A stretch of DNA of 38,075 nt from an uncultured Thiomonas sp. (GTDB lineage Bacteria > Pseudomonadota > Gammaproteobacteria > Burkholderiales > Burkholderiaceae_C), in contig CALBRU010000051.1 of NCBI GenBank assembly GCA_937927695.1, forward strand, positions 1 through 38,075, written 5' to 3'. Each line of letters begins with the position of its first letter. The first letter of the stretch is position 1. Shown here in pieces: positions 9,477 to 19,384 of the stretch. The notes under the pieces were generated by a model that was not told the DNA's origin, did no database searches, and saw only the letters and a program-made list of their open reading frames with translations. The translations under genes and the position numbers were made by a program.

Positions 9477-10553
9477 TCAGTGCGGCCAGCACATCAGATG
9501 CTCGGCGCGCAGATGCGCCACCACGGGCGCTCCCGCGCGCAGGCCGTGGTGGGCAATCAGCCGCAGCGGGGCGCGCAGCCACAGCCGGGCGTCGCCGCAG
9601 CGCATGGCCAGAGTCGCGCTCGCACCCTGAACCACCAGATGCTCGATCTGGCCTGAGACCGGGTTTTCCAGATCGGCGGACTGGCCCGGCTTGAGCGGGG
9701 GCAGGCGCACCTCGTCGGGCGACACGGCCCAGTCCACCAAGCCGCCGATCTCGCACGACGCCATCAAGGGCGCCCACAGCGGCAGCTCGCCTTCTTCCCA
9801 CTGCAACAGCGTCAGCCCGCGCTCAACAGAGTGGCGCAGCACGCGCGCGGTAAAGCGGTTGCGCACGCCCAGCAGCGCCGCAGCCGCTTGATTGGCCGGA
9901 TGCGCGAACACTTCGGCAGGCGGCCCCTGTTGAATGACCTGCCGACCCGAGAGCAGCACCACCCAGTCGGACATGGCGGCCAGGCTGGCATCGTGCGTGG
10001 CGGCCAGCGCCGGCATGGAGAGCTGGTGCATGCGCGAAACCAGCTCGGCCATGATGTCGTCGCGCGTACTGGAATCGAGCGCCGAGGTGGGCTCGTCGAG
10101 CAGCAGCACCTGCGGCTGCCGCGCCAGCGCCCGGGCCAGCGCCACGCGCTGCTGCTGTCCGCCCGAAAGCTGGGCGGGGCGCAACTCGGTCTGCTGCGCC
10201 AGCCCGACCGACTGCAACAACTTGACTGCCGCCTGCCGCTGAGAGCCCAGCGCTCCGCCTAGCGCATAGGCCACGTTCTCCCATGCGCGCAGATGCGGAA
10301 ACAGCGCATACCCCTGCGGCAGATAGCCCACGGGCCGACGCTGCGGCGGCAGGGCGCCGAAAGGCGGGCCCTGGCTGGGAATGAGCCCCGCAAGCGCCTT
10401 CAGTACCGTGGACTTGCCTTCGCCGCTAGAGCCGAGCAGGGCGGTGAAGCCGTGCACCTCGAAATCGACGTCGAGCGTGATCGGCTGGCGGATCTGGATA
10501 TTGACGTGCAGGCTGGCGGGCGAGGGCATGATGTCCGGCAACGGTTCAGGCAA
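9477..10553 (-). CDS. modC: Molybdate/tungstate ABC transporter ATPase with C-terminal TOBE-like region
   Basis: Walker A GSSGEGKST, LSGGQQQRVALARAL, Walker B LLLDEP; exact start uncertain. Confidence 0.85.
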   Translation of the reverse strand: MPEPLPDIMPSPASLHVNIQIRQPITLDVDFEVHGFTALLGSSGEGKSTVLKALAGLIPSQGPPFGALPPQRRPVGYLPQGYALFPHLRAWENVAYALGGALGSQRQAAVKLLQSVGLAQQTELRPAQLSGGQQQRVALARALARQPQVLLLDEPTSALDSSTRDDIMAELVSRMHQLSMPALAATHDASLAAMSDWVVLLSGRQVIQQGPPAEVFAHPANQAAAALLGVRNRFTARVLRHSVERGLTLLQWEEGELPLWAPLMASCEIGGLVDWAVSPDEVRLPPLKPGQSADLENPVSGQIEHLVVQGASATLAMRCGDARLWLRAPLRLIAHHGLRAGAPVVAHLRAEHLMCWPH

Positions 10554-10556
10554 GGT

Positions 10557-11387
10557 TTAGGCGCCGCGCTGCCCGAGCCGCGACAGCGCGCCGAGCAACA
10601 GGGGCAGGGGCAGTCCGATGAGGAAGAACAGCCAGAGCAGCGGGTACACCGCGGGCAGGCCGGTGTCTTGCAGGTTGACCCACAGCTTCACCGGAATGCC
10701 CTGCGGGTAATACGCCACGATCAGCACAATGCCGAACTCGCCTAGCGCCCGCACCCAGGCCAGCGCCACCCCTGCCGCCAGACCCAGCCCCGAAAGCGGC
10801 ACGGTAATGCGCCAGAAGGTGCGCCAAGGCGACTGCCCCAGGGTGAGCGAAATCTGCTCAAGCTCGCGCGGCACGCCCTCAAACGCCGAGCGCGCGGCGA
10901 CGATGAAATACGGCGCGCTGCCATACACCTGCGCCAGCAGAAAGGCCGAGGGCGTGTTGGTGAGGCTGAGGCCGAGATGATTCAGCGGCTGGCCGATCCA
11001 GCTGTACGGCCCGTAACTCATCGACAGCAACAGGCCCATGGCCAGCGGCGGCGTGAGCAGCGGCAGCAGCACCAGCATCTCCATGATCCATTTGCCGCGA
11101 AAATCGTGCCGCGCCAGCCACCAGGCCACCGGCGTGGCGAAGATCACCACGAGGGCCACGGCGATCAGGCTGTAGCTCACCGACACCCAGAGCGAGCCCA
11201 GGTCGCCTTGCTGGAGATGCAACGTCTGCCATGGCGTGCTGATGAACAGCCCAGCGAAGGGCAGACTGAGAAACAGCAGCCCGGCCAGCCCGGCGCCCGC
11301 CACGATCCACGCACGGCGCGCGGGCGCCTGCTTGGCGTGCGGCGCAAAGAACGGGGCTGCGGCGGTGTCCAGCGGGGTCAGGGTCAT
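10557..11387 (-). CDS. modB: Molybdate/tungstate ABC transporter permease
   Basis: LPLLTPPLAMG, EAA-like loop, WVRALGEFG motif. Confidence 0.87.
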   Translation of the reverse strand: MTLTPLDTAAAPFFAPHAKQAPARRAWIVAGAGLAGLLFLSLPFAGLFISTPWQTLHLQQGDLGSLWVSVSYSLIAVALVVIFATPVAWWLARHDFRGKWIMEMLVLLPLLTPPLAMGLLLSMSYGPYSWIGQPLNHLGLSLTNTPSAFLLAQVYGSAPYFIVAARSAFEGVPRELEQISLTLGQSPWRTFWRITVPLSGLGLAAGVALAWVRALGEFGIVLIVAYYPQGIPVKLWVNLQDTGLPAVYPLLWLFFLIGLPLPLLLGALSRLGQRGA

Positions 11388-11438
11388 GCCGTCATTGTCG
11401 TCGCAGCCCGAGGCTCACTGTACTTCTCAATTTGCTTC

Positions 11439-12374
11439 TCAATGAGTCGGTTGAAGATCGCCGCCCTTAGGCGCGCTATAGCCGTATTGTTTGAACAAGG
11501 CCTGGCCCTCGGCGCTGGTCATCAACTTGACGAAAGCCGCGCCCGCCTTGGGATTGGGGGCGTTTTTCAGCACGGCGGCATAAAACACCAGCGGCTGGGT
11601 GGACAGGGTGTCGGTCTTGCCGTTGGGGAGTTTGATGTCGAAGTGCGCCTTGCTGTACCACTTTTCGATCATGCCGGGATCGCTGAGATTGATCTCTTCC
11701 GGCAGCTTGATGTAGGGCAGCTTGTGCGAAATCACCGCGCTCAAATATCCCGAAGTGGCGTCGAGCTGGCCCGACTCAAGGCGCGAGAGCAGAGAGGGTT
11801 CGGTGAAAATCTGCTGCTCGTTTTCGACCTTGCCCAGAATTTTGTTGGCTAGTCCCGGCAGCTTGTAAAAGTCTTGCGCCAGCAGCATGGTGAACACGAT
11901 ATTGCGGCCCTGCGGATCGACGGCGGGGTCGGTACGGCCAAAGTGGATGCCGGGCTTTTGCAGCACTTCGTACCAGGGCATCTTCCCGGCGGCGGCGGCC
12001 TTGAAGTCGGCGGCGAACTTGCTCTTGTCGCTGTAGGCAATCACCATCTGCGTGCTGGCCACCGGTACGGCAGTGTCGATCAGTCCGGCCTTTTGCAGCA
12101 CATCGATGGGGCCGGGGGTGATGGAGACGAACACATCGGGGTTGATCTGCTTGGCCGCTATCAGATGTGCTAGGCCGTAAGCGCCGGCACCCTGACCCTG
12201 ATACTGCACCTTGGCTTGCTTGGCGATGGCCGGGCCGAGCGCCTTGTCCATCAACGCGCCCATCGAGCCGGCATAGGCCACCGAGAGCACGGGCTCGGCC
12301 GCCGTGGCGAAGGTCATGCCGCCCAGGCCGATGGCGGTTGCGAGGGAGAGTCTCAACAGAATACGACGATGCAT
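11439..12374 (-). CDS. Periplasmic molybdate/tungstate-binding protein, WtpA-like class
   Basis: Signal peptide, YAGSM, FGRTDPAVDPQG, FTEPSLLSRLESGQLD, YIKLPEEINLSDP; AAGGAG RBS 6 nt upstream. Confidence 0.85.
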   Translation of the reverse strand: MHRRILLRLSLATAIGLGGMTFATAAEPVLSVAYAGSMGALMDKALGPAIAKQAKVQYQGQGAGAYGLAHLIAAKQINPDVFVSITPGPIDVLQKAGLIDTAVPVASTQMVIAYSDKSKFAADFKAAAAGKMPWYEVLQKPGIHFGRTDPAVDPQGRNIVFTMLLAQDFYKLPGLANKILGKVENEQQIFTEPSLLSRLESGQLDATSGYLSAVISHKLPYIKLPEEINLSDPGMIEKWYSKAHFDIKLPNGKTDTLSTQPLVFYAAVLKNAPNPKAGAAFVKLMTSAEGQALFKQYGYSAPKGGDLQPTH

Positions 12375-12434
12375 CAATGGCTCCTTGATAGATATTCAAT
12401 AACAGGCAGATTGAGCGCAACCGTGCGTCTTCCG

Positions 12435-12456
12435 CGATGTTTCTCGAAATATAACG
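12435..12456 (-). promoter_or_regulatory. Candidate ModE box
   Basis: On the minus strand CGTTATAT-N6-AAACATCG (one consensus half-site, one 5/8 half-site), about 60 nt upstream of the binding-protein gene. Confidence 0.65.
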
Positions 12457-12523
12457 AAGTGAGCCGAAGCGCAGTGTTTTCAGGTGTAAACGCAGCGCGG
12501 CCGCGGCCTCAGACCAGGCCGGT

Positions 12524-14905
12524 TCAGCCGGGTTCGCCAGACTGGCGTTCGCGCAATTGCTCGGCCACGCCCTGCATGGCGCGATCCATCAGACCCTGCG
12601 CCTCCAGCGGCAGAATGAGGCCCTGCGCGGCCATGCGCTCCAGCGCGCGGCGGGTCATGGAATGCGCCCGGCCGCCCACCTTGCTGGAGAACATATAGAA
12701 CAGCCCTTGCGGGCTGCGCCAGGTCAGTTGCGCACGCGCGTTGCGCCCCTGAATCTGCAACTGCACCCAGGTGCCGATGTCGAGCGAGGCGATCAGCCCC
12801 GCCACTTCGGAGGGCGAGAGCAGCGCAGGCTCGCCCGGCGGCATGCTGGCCGGGCCTTGCTGCGAATCGGCCGCGTGCGCTGCGGTTGTTTGCGGCTCGG
12901 CGGGAACGTCGCTGGCTTCGATCAGCCCGCTGGTGAGCTTTTCTTCGTTGCGCACCAGCGCTTCGGGCATGGCTGCGGTGGTGGCCGCATTGGTCTGCGG
13001 GTGCAGCAGCCGCGACCATTCGCGCTGCAGCAGCAGGGCGTCGTCGCGCGAGGTGGCCTGCTGCGCCTGGCCCTGACCGCGTATGGCCTGCGCCTGGGCG
13101 TCCATCAGCCAGGACATGAACTCCTGGCGCTTGTCGGCAGGCAAGGAAATCAGGTCGAGGCCTTGGCCCAGCCGTTGCACCAGCGTAGGCAGAAGTTTGA
13201 GCAGTGCCTTGCGATCCGCGTCGGCGGTCTTGGGCTGCACGCTCCAGATCAGATCGCTGGCGGTCTGCTTGTAGGTCTGGGTGACCTCGGCATCTTCGCC
13301 GTGGCGCAGCACGGATTCGGCCAGCACCGTGGACCAATGCTCGAGCATGAATTCGCGCAACTGGGGATGGGTGTGCAGCCGGGCGAACACTTCGTGCAGA
13401 TGCCGATACAGCGCGCCGTGCAGCAGGCTGCGGAACTCGGCGCGGCGCAGGGCATCGACCGCATCGGCCTGTTGCTGCTCCACCGCGGCGGCACCCTCGG
13501 CGATGTGGCGCTGCAGGTCGGCGAGTTGTTGCTCGAATACCGTGGCGTCGTCTTCCTCGGCGTTGACCACGGCTTCCACCATGCGTGATAGAAACGGCAG
13601 GAAGCGCTGGGCCGCGGGCTCTTCCACGCTGGAAAAACCCGCGCTGTATTCGGCCACGCGGTTGAGCAGTTTGCGCGTGGGGTGGTTGCGCGAGGAAAAC
13701 AGGCTGGCGTCGCGCAGACCCAGACGTAGCACCGGAATTTGCAGCCGGGCCAACTGAGCCTTGACCGCAGGCAGCAGCTTGGGGTCGGCCAGGATGTGAT
13801 CGAACAGCAGCGAGACCACGTCGATGGTGAGCCGCTCCAGTGGCCGGTTGGCGACCTCGTAGAGGCTTTGCCGATGCTGCTCGATGAGGTTCACCGTTGC
13901 GGCGGAGGCGGCGGGCTCGTCGCGCCAGTTCACCTCGCGCAGCCCCAGGCGGTCGGTCAGCAGCAGACGATCGAGCGCATCACGCAACTGCGGGTTGAAG
14001 CCATACGCCTGACCGAACACCGAGGGGCCGAAGCCCGAAGCGGCCGGGCCGGTCGGGCCGAAGCCGGAGGGCGCAAAGCCGCTGTGGCCTCCGTCCGGCG
14101 CGCCTGGAGTGCCCAGCCCGCTGTGCCCACCCTGCGCGCCCGATGGCGCCGCGGAGAAACGCCCGGCGAGCAATTGCTGCAGGGCTTCGAGGTGCAGCTC
14201 CGCGCCGGTTTGCGCGGCGTTGACCAGCGCCTGCTCGTCCATCGCTGTGGCGGCGGCGCTGCGGGCGGGCGCGCGGCGCTGCTGACGGTATTGCGCGGGC
14301 TCGACCTGCAGTTCAGCCAGACGTTTGTTGTAGAGCGCGTAGGTGTCTTTCAGTGCGGCCGACATGCCCTTGCCGAAAGCCCGCAGCAGCCCCAGACGCT
14401 CTTGCGCGTCGAGATCGACCACGCCGAGCGCGTGGTGCAGCGATTTGCTGAACACCTCGGGCCGCAGCGGGTTGGTCTGCGGCGCGGCGTGTTCGCCCGC
14501 GCGCAGGCTGTCGAGCCGTGCGCCCAGATCGCGCACCTCCCACTGGGCTTCGGATTCGAGCATGTGCGTGAGACGCGAGACTTCCACGCCTTCTTCGAGA
14601 TCGGATTCATCGACCAGACTGAGCGCTTCGAGCTGCAGTTCGCGCGGCGCGACCGGCTTCTGGCCGAGAATTTCTTCGTCGAGCACCTGATGAAAGCGGT
14701 CGACGAAGGCCTGGATCAGTCGGCCTTCGTTCTGCCGCAGCGCGTGACTCATGTCGGAGAACTGCTGCCGATCCCGCCCGTTGCCCGCCGCTTCGGCCTG
14801 CTGTTCCAGCGCTTCGATGACCTGGCGCACGACCGAGCGCATCAACTCGTCTGAGCGGGCAATGGCGTCATCGATGCAGGACTGGAAAATTTCGGAAGGC
14901 AACAT
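12524..14905 (-). CDS. DUF1631 family protein
   Basis: LSLVDESDLEE, NPLRPEVF, LARLQIPVLR, HPTRKLLN, C-terminal LTWRSPQGLFYMF; 793 aa. Confidence 0.8.
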   Translation of the reverse strand: MLPSEIFQSCIDDAIARSDELMRSVVRQVIEALEQQAEAAGNGRDRQQFSDMSHALRQNEGRLIQAFVDRFHQVLDEEILGQKPVAPRELQLEALSLVDESDLEEGVEVSRLTHMLESEAQWEVRDLGARLDSLRAGEHAAPQTNPLRPEVFSKSLHHALGVVDLDAQERLGLLRAFGKGMSAALKDTYALYNKRLAELQVEPAQYRQQRRAPARSAAATAMDEQALVNAAQTGAELHLEALQQLLAGRFSAAPSGAQGGHSGLGTPGAPDGGHSGFAPSGFGPTGPAASGFGPSVFGQAYGFNPQLRDALDRLLLTDRLGLREVNWRDEPAASAATVNLIEQHRQSLYEVANRPLERLTIDVVSLLFDHILADPKLLPAVKAQLARLQIPVLRLGLRDASLFSSRNHPTRKLLNRVAEYSAGFSSVEEPAAQRFLPFLSRMVEAVVNAEEDDATVFEQQLADLQRHIAEGAAAVEQQQADAVDALRRAEFRSLLHGALYRHLHEVFARLHTHPQLREFMLEHWSTVLAESVLRHGEDAEVTQTYKQTASDLIWSVQPKTADADRKALLKLLPTLVQRLGQGLDLISLPADKRQEFMSWLMDAQAQAIRGQGQAQQATSRDDALLLQREWSRLLHPQTNAATTAAMPEALVRNEEKLTSGLIEASDVPAEPQTTAAHAADSQQGPASMPPGEPALLSPSEVAGLIASLDIGTWVQLQIQGRNARAQLTWRSPQGLFYMFSSKVGGRAHSMTRRALERMAAQGLILPLEAQGLMDRAMQGVAEQLRERQSGEPG

Positions 14906-14997
14906 GGGCTGGCAGATGGTTTTGCCCTGCGAAAACGGGCATTTTTCACACTGTAAACCGAATTGTCATGCGCTTTCCTGCTTTTCTCCTTGACAAG

Positions 14998-15127
14998 GGA
15001 AACACTGAAAAATTCCTCCCCCGCTCGCGGGGGAGGTTAGGAGGGGGAGATAAACGCTTGATTCATGGCGTTTTTCCCCACCCCAACCCTCCCCACGAGT
15101 GGGGAGGGAGATTAAATCAGCGCTTCC
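14998..15127. mobile_element. 130-bp MITE-like element with IS5-subgroup-like terminal repeats and two internal 10-bp hairpins
   Basis: Ends GGAAACACTGA / TCAGCGCTTCC (9/11 inverted match), flanks CAAG and CTAG; hairpins CCTCCCCCGC-TC-GCGGGGGAGG and CCCTCCCCAC-GA-GTGGGGAGGG. Confidence 0.7.
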
Positions 15128-15151
15128 CTAGGCCAACGTCAGCTGTGCGCA

Positions 15152-17533
15152 TCAAGCACAGTCGTGCGCGCAGCAGGTGCTGCGGGCGCTGACCGGAACT
15201 TCAGCGGCAACGGCAGGCGGCGGGGCGATGCGGCCGTGCGTCTGCAGTTCAAGGCGCAGATCACGCGCCGCCTGAACCATATGCCGCAGCGCCGCTTCGG
15301 TTTCCGGCCAGGCGCGGGTTTTGAGGCCGCAGTCCGGATTGACCCAAAGTCGCTCGGGCGCGATGAGCTGCGCGGCGCGGCGCAGAAGGCGGGCCATGTC
15401 GGCCGCCGAAGGCACGCGGGGTGAATGAATGTCGTACACGCCGGGGCCGATGTCGTTCGGATAGGCGAAGGCGCCGAAGCCGTCGAGCAGTTCCATATTC
15501 GAGCGCGAGGTTTCGATGGTGATGACGTCGGCGTCCATCGCCGCGATGGACGGCAGAATGTCGTTGAACTCCGAGTAGCACATATGGGTGTGAATCTGCG
15601 TGTCATCGCGCGCCACGCCAGCCGATACCCCAAACGCTCGCACCGCCCAGCTCAGGTACTGCGGCCAGTTGTCGCGCTTGAGCGGCAGGCCCTCGCGGAA
15701 GGCGGGTTCGTCGATCTGGATGATGGCGATGCCCGCGTTCTGCAGATCGCTCACCTCGTCGCGCACCGCCAGAGCGAGTTGCATCGCCACCTGGTCGCGC
15801 GGCAGATCGTCACGCACGAAGCTCCATTGCAGCAGGGTGATCGGCCCGGTGAGCATGCCCTTGACCGGCAGCGGCGTGAGCGACTGCGCGTGCCGCGCGG
15901 TATCCACCGTCATCGGCTCGGGCCGCCACACATCGCCCCAGATGATGGGCGGCTTGACGCAACGCGAGCCATAGCTCTGCACCCAGCCGCCCGCGCTGAA
16001 GGTGTAACCCCAGAGCTGTTCGCCGAAAAACTCCACCATATCGTTGCGTTCGGCTTCGCCATGCACCAGCACGTCCAGGCCGATGTCCTCCTGTTTGCGG
16101 ATGACGGCGGCAATTTCTTCGCGCATTTTCTGCAGATAGTCGGTATGCCGCAGTTCGCCGCGGCGCCAGGCCGCACGCGCAGCGCGAATTTCGGCGGTCT
16201 GCGGAAAGGAGCCGATGGTGGTGGTGGGCAGCGGCGGCAGGTTCAGCCGCGCGTGCTGCGCAGCGATGCGCTGGGTATAGGTCGCGCTGCGTCGGGCGTC
16301 CGCCTCGGTGAGTGCCTCCACGCGGCGGCGCACCTGCGGCAGGGTCACACGCGGACAATTGCGGCGCGACGCCAGCGCCTCGGCATTGGCCCGCAGCGCG
16401 TCGCGCACCGCGTCTTCGCCCTGATCGAGCGCCGTGGCGAGCACGCGCAGTTCCTCGAGCTTCTCTTCGGCAAAGGCCAGCCAGGGGCGCACTTCGGGGT
16501 TGAGCCGCGCGCCCGCGCCGTGTTCTGCGGCCAGACTGACGGGCACATGCAGCAGCGAACAAGAAGGCGCGATCCACAGCCGCTCGCCCAGCGCGGCGTG
16601 CAGCGGCCGCAAGGCGCTCAGCGCAGCGGCCAGGTCGCTGCGCCACACATTGCGACCTTCAATGATGCCCGCAGACAGCACCCAATGCGCCGGCAGCGCC
16701 TCGATCCAGAGGTCGATCTGCTGCGGCGCCCGCACCAGATCGAGGTGCACGCCATCGACCGGCAGACTCGCCAGCGTGGCCGGGGCGAAGCTGATCGACT
16801 CGAAGTAAGTGCTCAGCAGCAACCTGGGGCGCAGCGCCCCGGCCTGCGCGGGCAGCGCGCCATAGAGCGTGGGCAGCAGGTCGCGCCAGGGCGTGTCGAG
16901 ATCGAGGGTGAGCGCGGGTTCGTCAAGCTGCACCCATTGCACCCCCAGCTCGGCCAGCCGGGCCAGCACCCGGGCGTAGGCGCGCGACAGCGCGGGCGCC
17001 AGGCTCAGACGGTCGAAACCGGGCTGATGGGATTTGGAGAGCCACAGAAAAGTCAGCGGCCCGATCAGCACTGGCTTGGGTGCGTGGCCCGCCGCTTGCG
17101 CTTCGCGCACGCGGTCGAACAGCGCATCAAACCCGCCGTCAAAAGTTGACGACGAGTCGAGTTCGGGCACGAGGTAGTGATAGTTGGTGTCGAACCACTT
17201 GGTCATCTCCATCGCGGGCTGTGCCGCATTGCCGCGGGCTAGCGCGAAGTATTGCTCCAGGCCGAGTGTGCGGGCATCGAAGCCGAAGCGCGCGGGCAGT
17301 GCGCCGAGCAGCGCGGCGGTATCGAGCATGTGGTCGTACAGGGCGAAGTCGCCGACTGCGGCAAAGCGCAATCCGGCATCTCGTTGCTTGGCCCAGTTCG
17401 CGGCTCGCAGTTGCGCCGCGGTCGCCTGCAGCTCAGAAACCGAGCTTTTTCCCAGCCAGAAATTTTCGAGGGCGAACTTCAGCTCGCGTTGCGGGCCGAT
17501 GCGTGGGTAGCCCAGGATGTGCGTGGTGGTCAT
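15152..17533 (-). CDS. metE: Cobalamin-independent methionine synthase
   Basis: [17 protein letters not shown] start, [42 protein letters not shown]. Confidence 0.97.
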   Translation of the reverse strand: MTTTHILGYPRIGPQRELKFALENFWLGKSSVSELQATAAQLRAANWAKQRDAGLRFAAVGDFALYDHMLDTAALLGALPARFGFDARTLGLEQYFALARGNAAQPAMEMTKWFDTNYHYLVPELDSSSTFDGGFDALFDRVREAQAAGHAPKPVLIGPLTFLWLSKSHQPGFDRLSLAPALSRAYARVLARLAELGVQWVQLDEPALTLDLDTPWRDLLPTLYGALPAQAGALRPRLLLSTYFESISFAPATLASLPVDGVHLDLVRAPQQIDLWIEALPAHWVLSAGIIEGRNVWRSDLAAALSALRPLHAALGERLWIAPSCSLLHVPVSLAAEHGAGARLNPEVRPWLAFAEEKLEELRVLATALDQGEDAVRDALRANAEALASRRNCPRVTLPQVRRRVEALTEADARRSATYTQRIAAQHARLNLPPLPTTTIGSFPQTAEIRAARAAWRRGELRHTDYLQKMREEIAAVIRKQEDIGLDVLVHGEAERNDMVEFFGEQLWGYTFSAGGWVQSYGSRCVKPPIIWGDVWRPEPMTVDTARHAQSLTPLPVKGMLTGPITLLQWSFVRDDLPRDQVAMQLALAVRDEVSDLQNAGIAIIQIDEPAFREGLPLKRDNWPQYLSWAVRAFGVSAGVARDDTQIHTHMCYSEFNDILPSIAAMDADVITIETSRSNMELLDGFGAFAYPNDIGPGVYDIHSPRVPSAADMARLLRRAAQLIAPERLWVNPDCGLKTRAWPETEAALRHMVQAARDLRLELQTHGRIAPPPAVAAEVPVSARSTCCAHDCA

Positions 17534-17618
17534 GCCGTTACTCCAAGATGAATTGAATGCAGGCGGCAGTTTGCGCATCGGGCTCAGTTGAATCAAGCGA
17601 CGAATTTTTAGGTTATGC

Positions 17619-17631
17619 TGAATTTCATTCA
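17619..17631. promoter_or_regulatory. MetR binding site
   Basis: TGAATTTCATTCA matches TGAANNTNNTTCA, between divergent metE and metR. Confidence 0.8.
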
Positions 17632-17644
17632 GCTTGTACCCGCC

Positions 17645-18556
17645 ATGCTCGAACTCCGCCATCTGCGCTCTCTTATCGCCATCGCCGAAACCGGCCGCAT
17701 CAACGCCGCGGCCGAGGCCGTGCATCTCACACCGTCGGCGCTGTCGCACCAGTTGCGCGCGCTGGAAAGTCACTACGGCATGCCGCTGTTGCTGCGCGAC
17801 GTGCGCGGCCTGCGCTTCACCCCTGCGGGCGAGCGTCTGCTGGCGCTGGCGCGGCAGATGCGCGAGGCGCAGCAGGCCGCCGAGCAAGACTTGCAGCGCA
17901 TTCAGGGCGATACGCGCGGCACCCTGCGGGTGGTTCTCGAATGCCATACTTGCTTTGAATGGCTGATGCCGGTGCTGGACGCCTTTCGTCAGCGCTGGCC
18001 CGATGTCGAGGTCGATCTGGTCTCGGGCTTTCACCGCGACCCGCTCACGCTGCTGAGCAAGGACAAGGCCGATGTGGTGATTGGCGCGCTGCGCCCGCCC
18101 GGGCGGCAGTGGGCTTCGCTGCCGCTGTTTCGCTTCGAAATTCTGCTGGCGCTGCCGCCTGGCCATGCCTTGTGCACGAAGCGCAGCGTGCGCGCCACCG
18201 ATCTTCAGGGCGAGACGCTGATCACCTACCCCGCGCCCGATGAGCGCATCGACCTCATTCGCGAGGTGCTGCAGCCTGCGGGCATCAGCCTGCCGCGCCG
18301 CACGGCCGAGCTGACCATCGCCATTCTGCAACTCGTCGCCAGCAGACGCGGTGTGGCGGCGCTGCCCAATTGGGCGCTCAAACCCTCGTTGGACAGTGGC
18401 TATGTGCAGGCCCGTCGCATCGGCCCGCGCGGGCTGTGGAGCGAGTTGCACGCCACCGTGCCGCGAGACCTGGCACAGCGGCCTTATGTGCGAGATCTGG
18501 TGGAAATGGCACGCCAGAGTGTTGCCACGCATCTCGACGGCGTGCAACTGCTGTGA
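17645..18556 (+). CDS. metR: LysR-family regulator MetR
   Basis: [39 protein letters not shown]; divergent from metE. Confidence 0.93.
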   Translation: MLELRHLRSLIAIAETGRINAAAEAVHLTPSALSHQLRALESHYGMPLLLRDVRGLRFTPAGERLLALARQMREAQQAAEQDLQRIQGDTRGTLRVVLECHTCFEWLMPVLDAFRQRWPDVEVDLVSGFHRDPLTLLSKDKADVVIGALRPPGRQWASLPLFRFEILLALPPGHALCTKRSVRATDLQGETLITYPAPDERIDLIREVLQPAGISLPRRTAELTIAILQLVASRRGVAALPNWALKPSLDSGYVQARRIGPRGLWSELHATVPRDLAQRPYVRDLVEMARQSVATHLDGVQLL

Positions 18557-18667
18557 CCATGGCCGATCAGGGCGCCGGGGCAAACTAGCCAGAGCGGCAA
18601 GTTCAGCGCCAGGGCCGCACAATCTGCCCTGGTTTCAACCCCTGAAAACCCCTCGAAGGAGCTTCGA

Positions 18668-19333
18668 ATGACCCACAAAACCCTCACCCTGCACACCACC
18701 GACGGCCAGACCATCGGCGCCTATGTGGTCGAGCCCGCGGGCAAACCCAAGGGCGGCATCGTTGTCGTCCAGGAAATCTTTGGCGTCAATGCGCACATCC
18801 GCAGCGTGGCCGATGGCTATGCGGCGGCGGGCTATGTCGCCATTGCGCCGGCCGTTTTTGACAGTGTGGAGAAAAACGTCGAACTCGGCTACGACCAAGC
18901 CGGCATGGAAAAAGGCATCGCCCTCGTTTCCGCGCTGGGTTTCGACCGCGCCCACGCCTCGGTGCAGGCCGCAGCCAAGGCCGTGGCCGCTGCAGGCAAG
19001 GTCGGCGTGGTGGGCTATTGCTGGGGCGGCACCATTGCTTACCTCACGGCCATTCGCGATGGCCTGCCCGCGGTGAGCTATTACGGCGGCCGTAATGTGC
19101 AACTGGTGGGCGAAAAAACCCAGACGCCGCTGCAGTTTCACTACGGCCTGCGCGATGCCCACATCTCAGAGGCCGATCGTGAGGCCGTGCGCGCGGCCAA
19201 CCCTGAAGCCGAGTTCTATGTGTACGAAGCCGACCACGGTTTCAACTGCGACGCCCGCGCCAGCTTTGATGCAACCGCTGCCCAACTGGCGCGCGAGCGA
19301 GCGCTGGCCTTTTTCGCCAAGCATGTCGGCTGA
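18668..19333 (+). CDS. Dienelactone hydrolase family protein
   Basis: QEIFGVN, nucleophile GYCWGG, ADHGF. Confidence 0.93.
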   Translation: MTHKTLTLHTTDGQTIGAYVVEPAGKPKGGIVVVQEIFGVNAHIRSVADGYAAAGYVAIAPAVFDSVEKNVELGYDQAGMEKGIALVSALGFDRAHASVQAAAKAVAAAGKVGVVGYCWGGTIAYLTAIRDGLPAVSYYGGRNVQLVGEKTQTPLQFHYGLRDAHISEADREAVRAANPEAEFYVYEADHGFNCDARASFDATAAQLARERALAFFAKHVG

Positions 19334-19384
19334 AAGTTTTACCGCAGGGCGTGCGCGATACTGACGGATTTGCGTGATCCATTC

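Noticed and set aside
15425-17149. Long antisense ORFs (also 20266-21423, 21748-23061, 29108-30262, 6776-8128)
   Set aside because: Typical shadows of high-GC codon usage opposite well-supported genes; no recognisable motifs.
17534-17644. Cobalamin or SAM riboswitch upstream of metE
   Set aside because: Only about 110 nt shared with the metR promoter and no recognisable aptamer; the MetR box explains the regulation.
15152-18622. 1156-aa MetE with a long N-terminal extension
   Set aside because: The extension is the antisense frame of metR; MetE homology starts at ATG 17533, and a MetR box lies in between.
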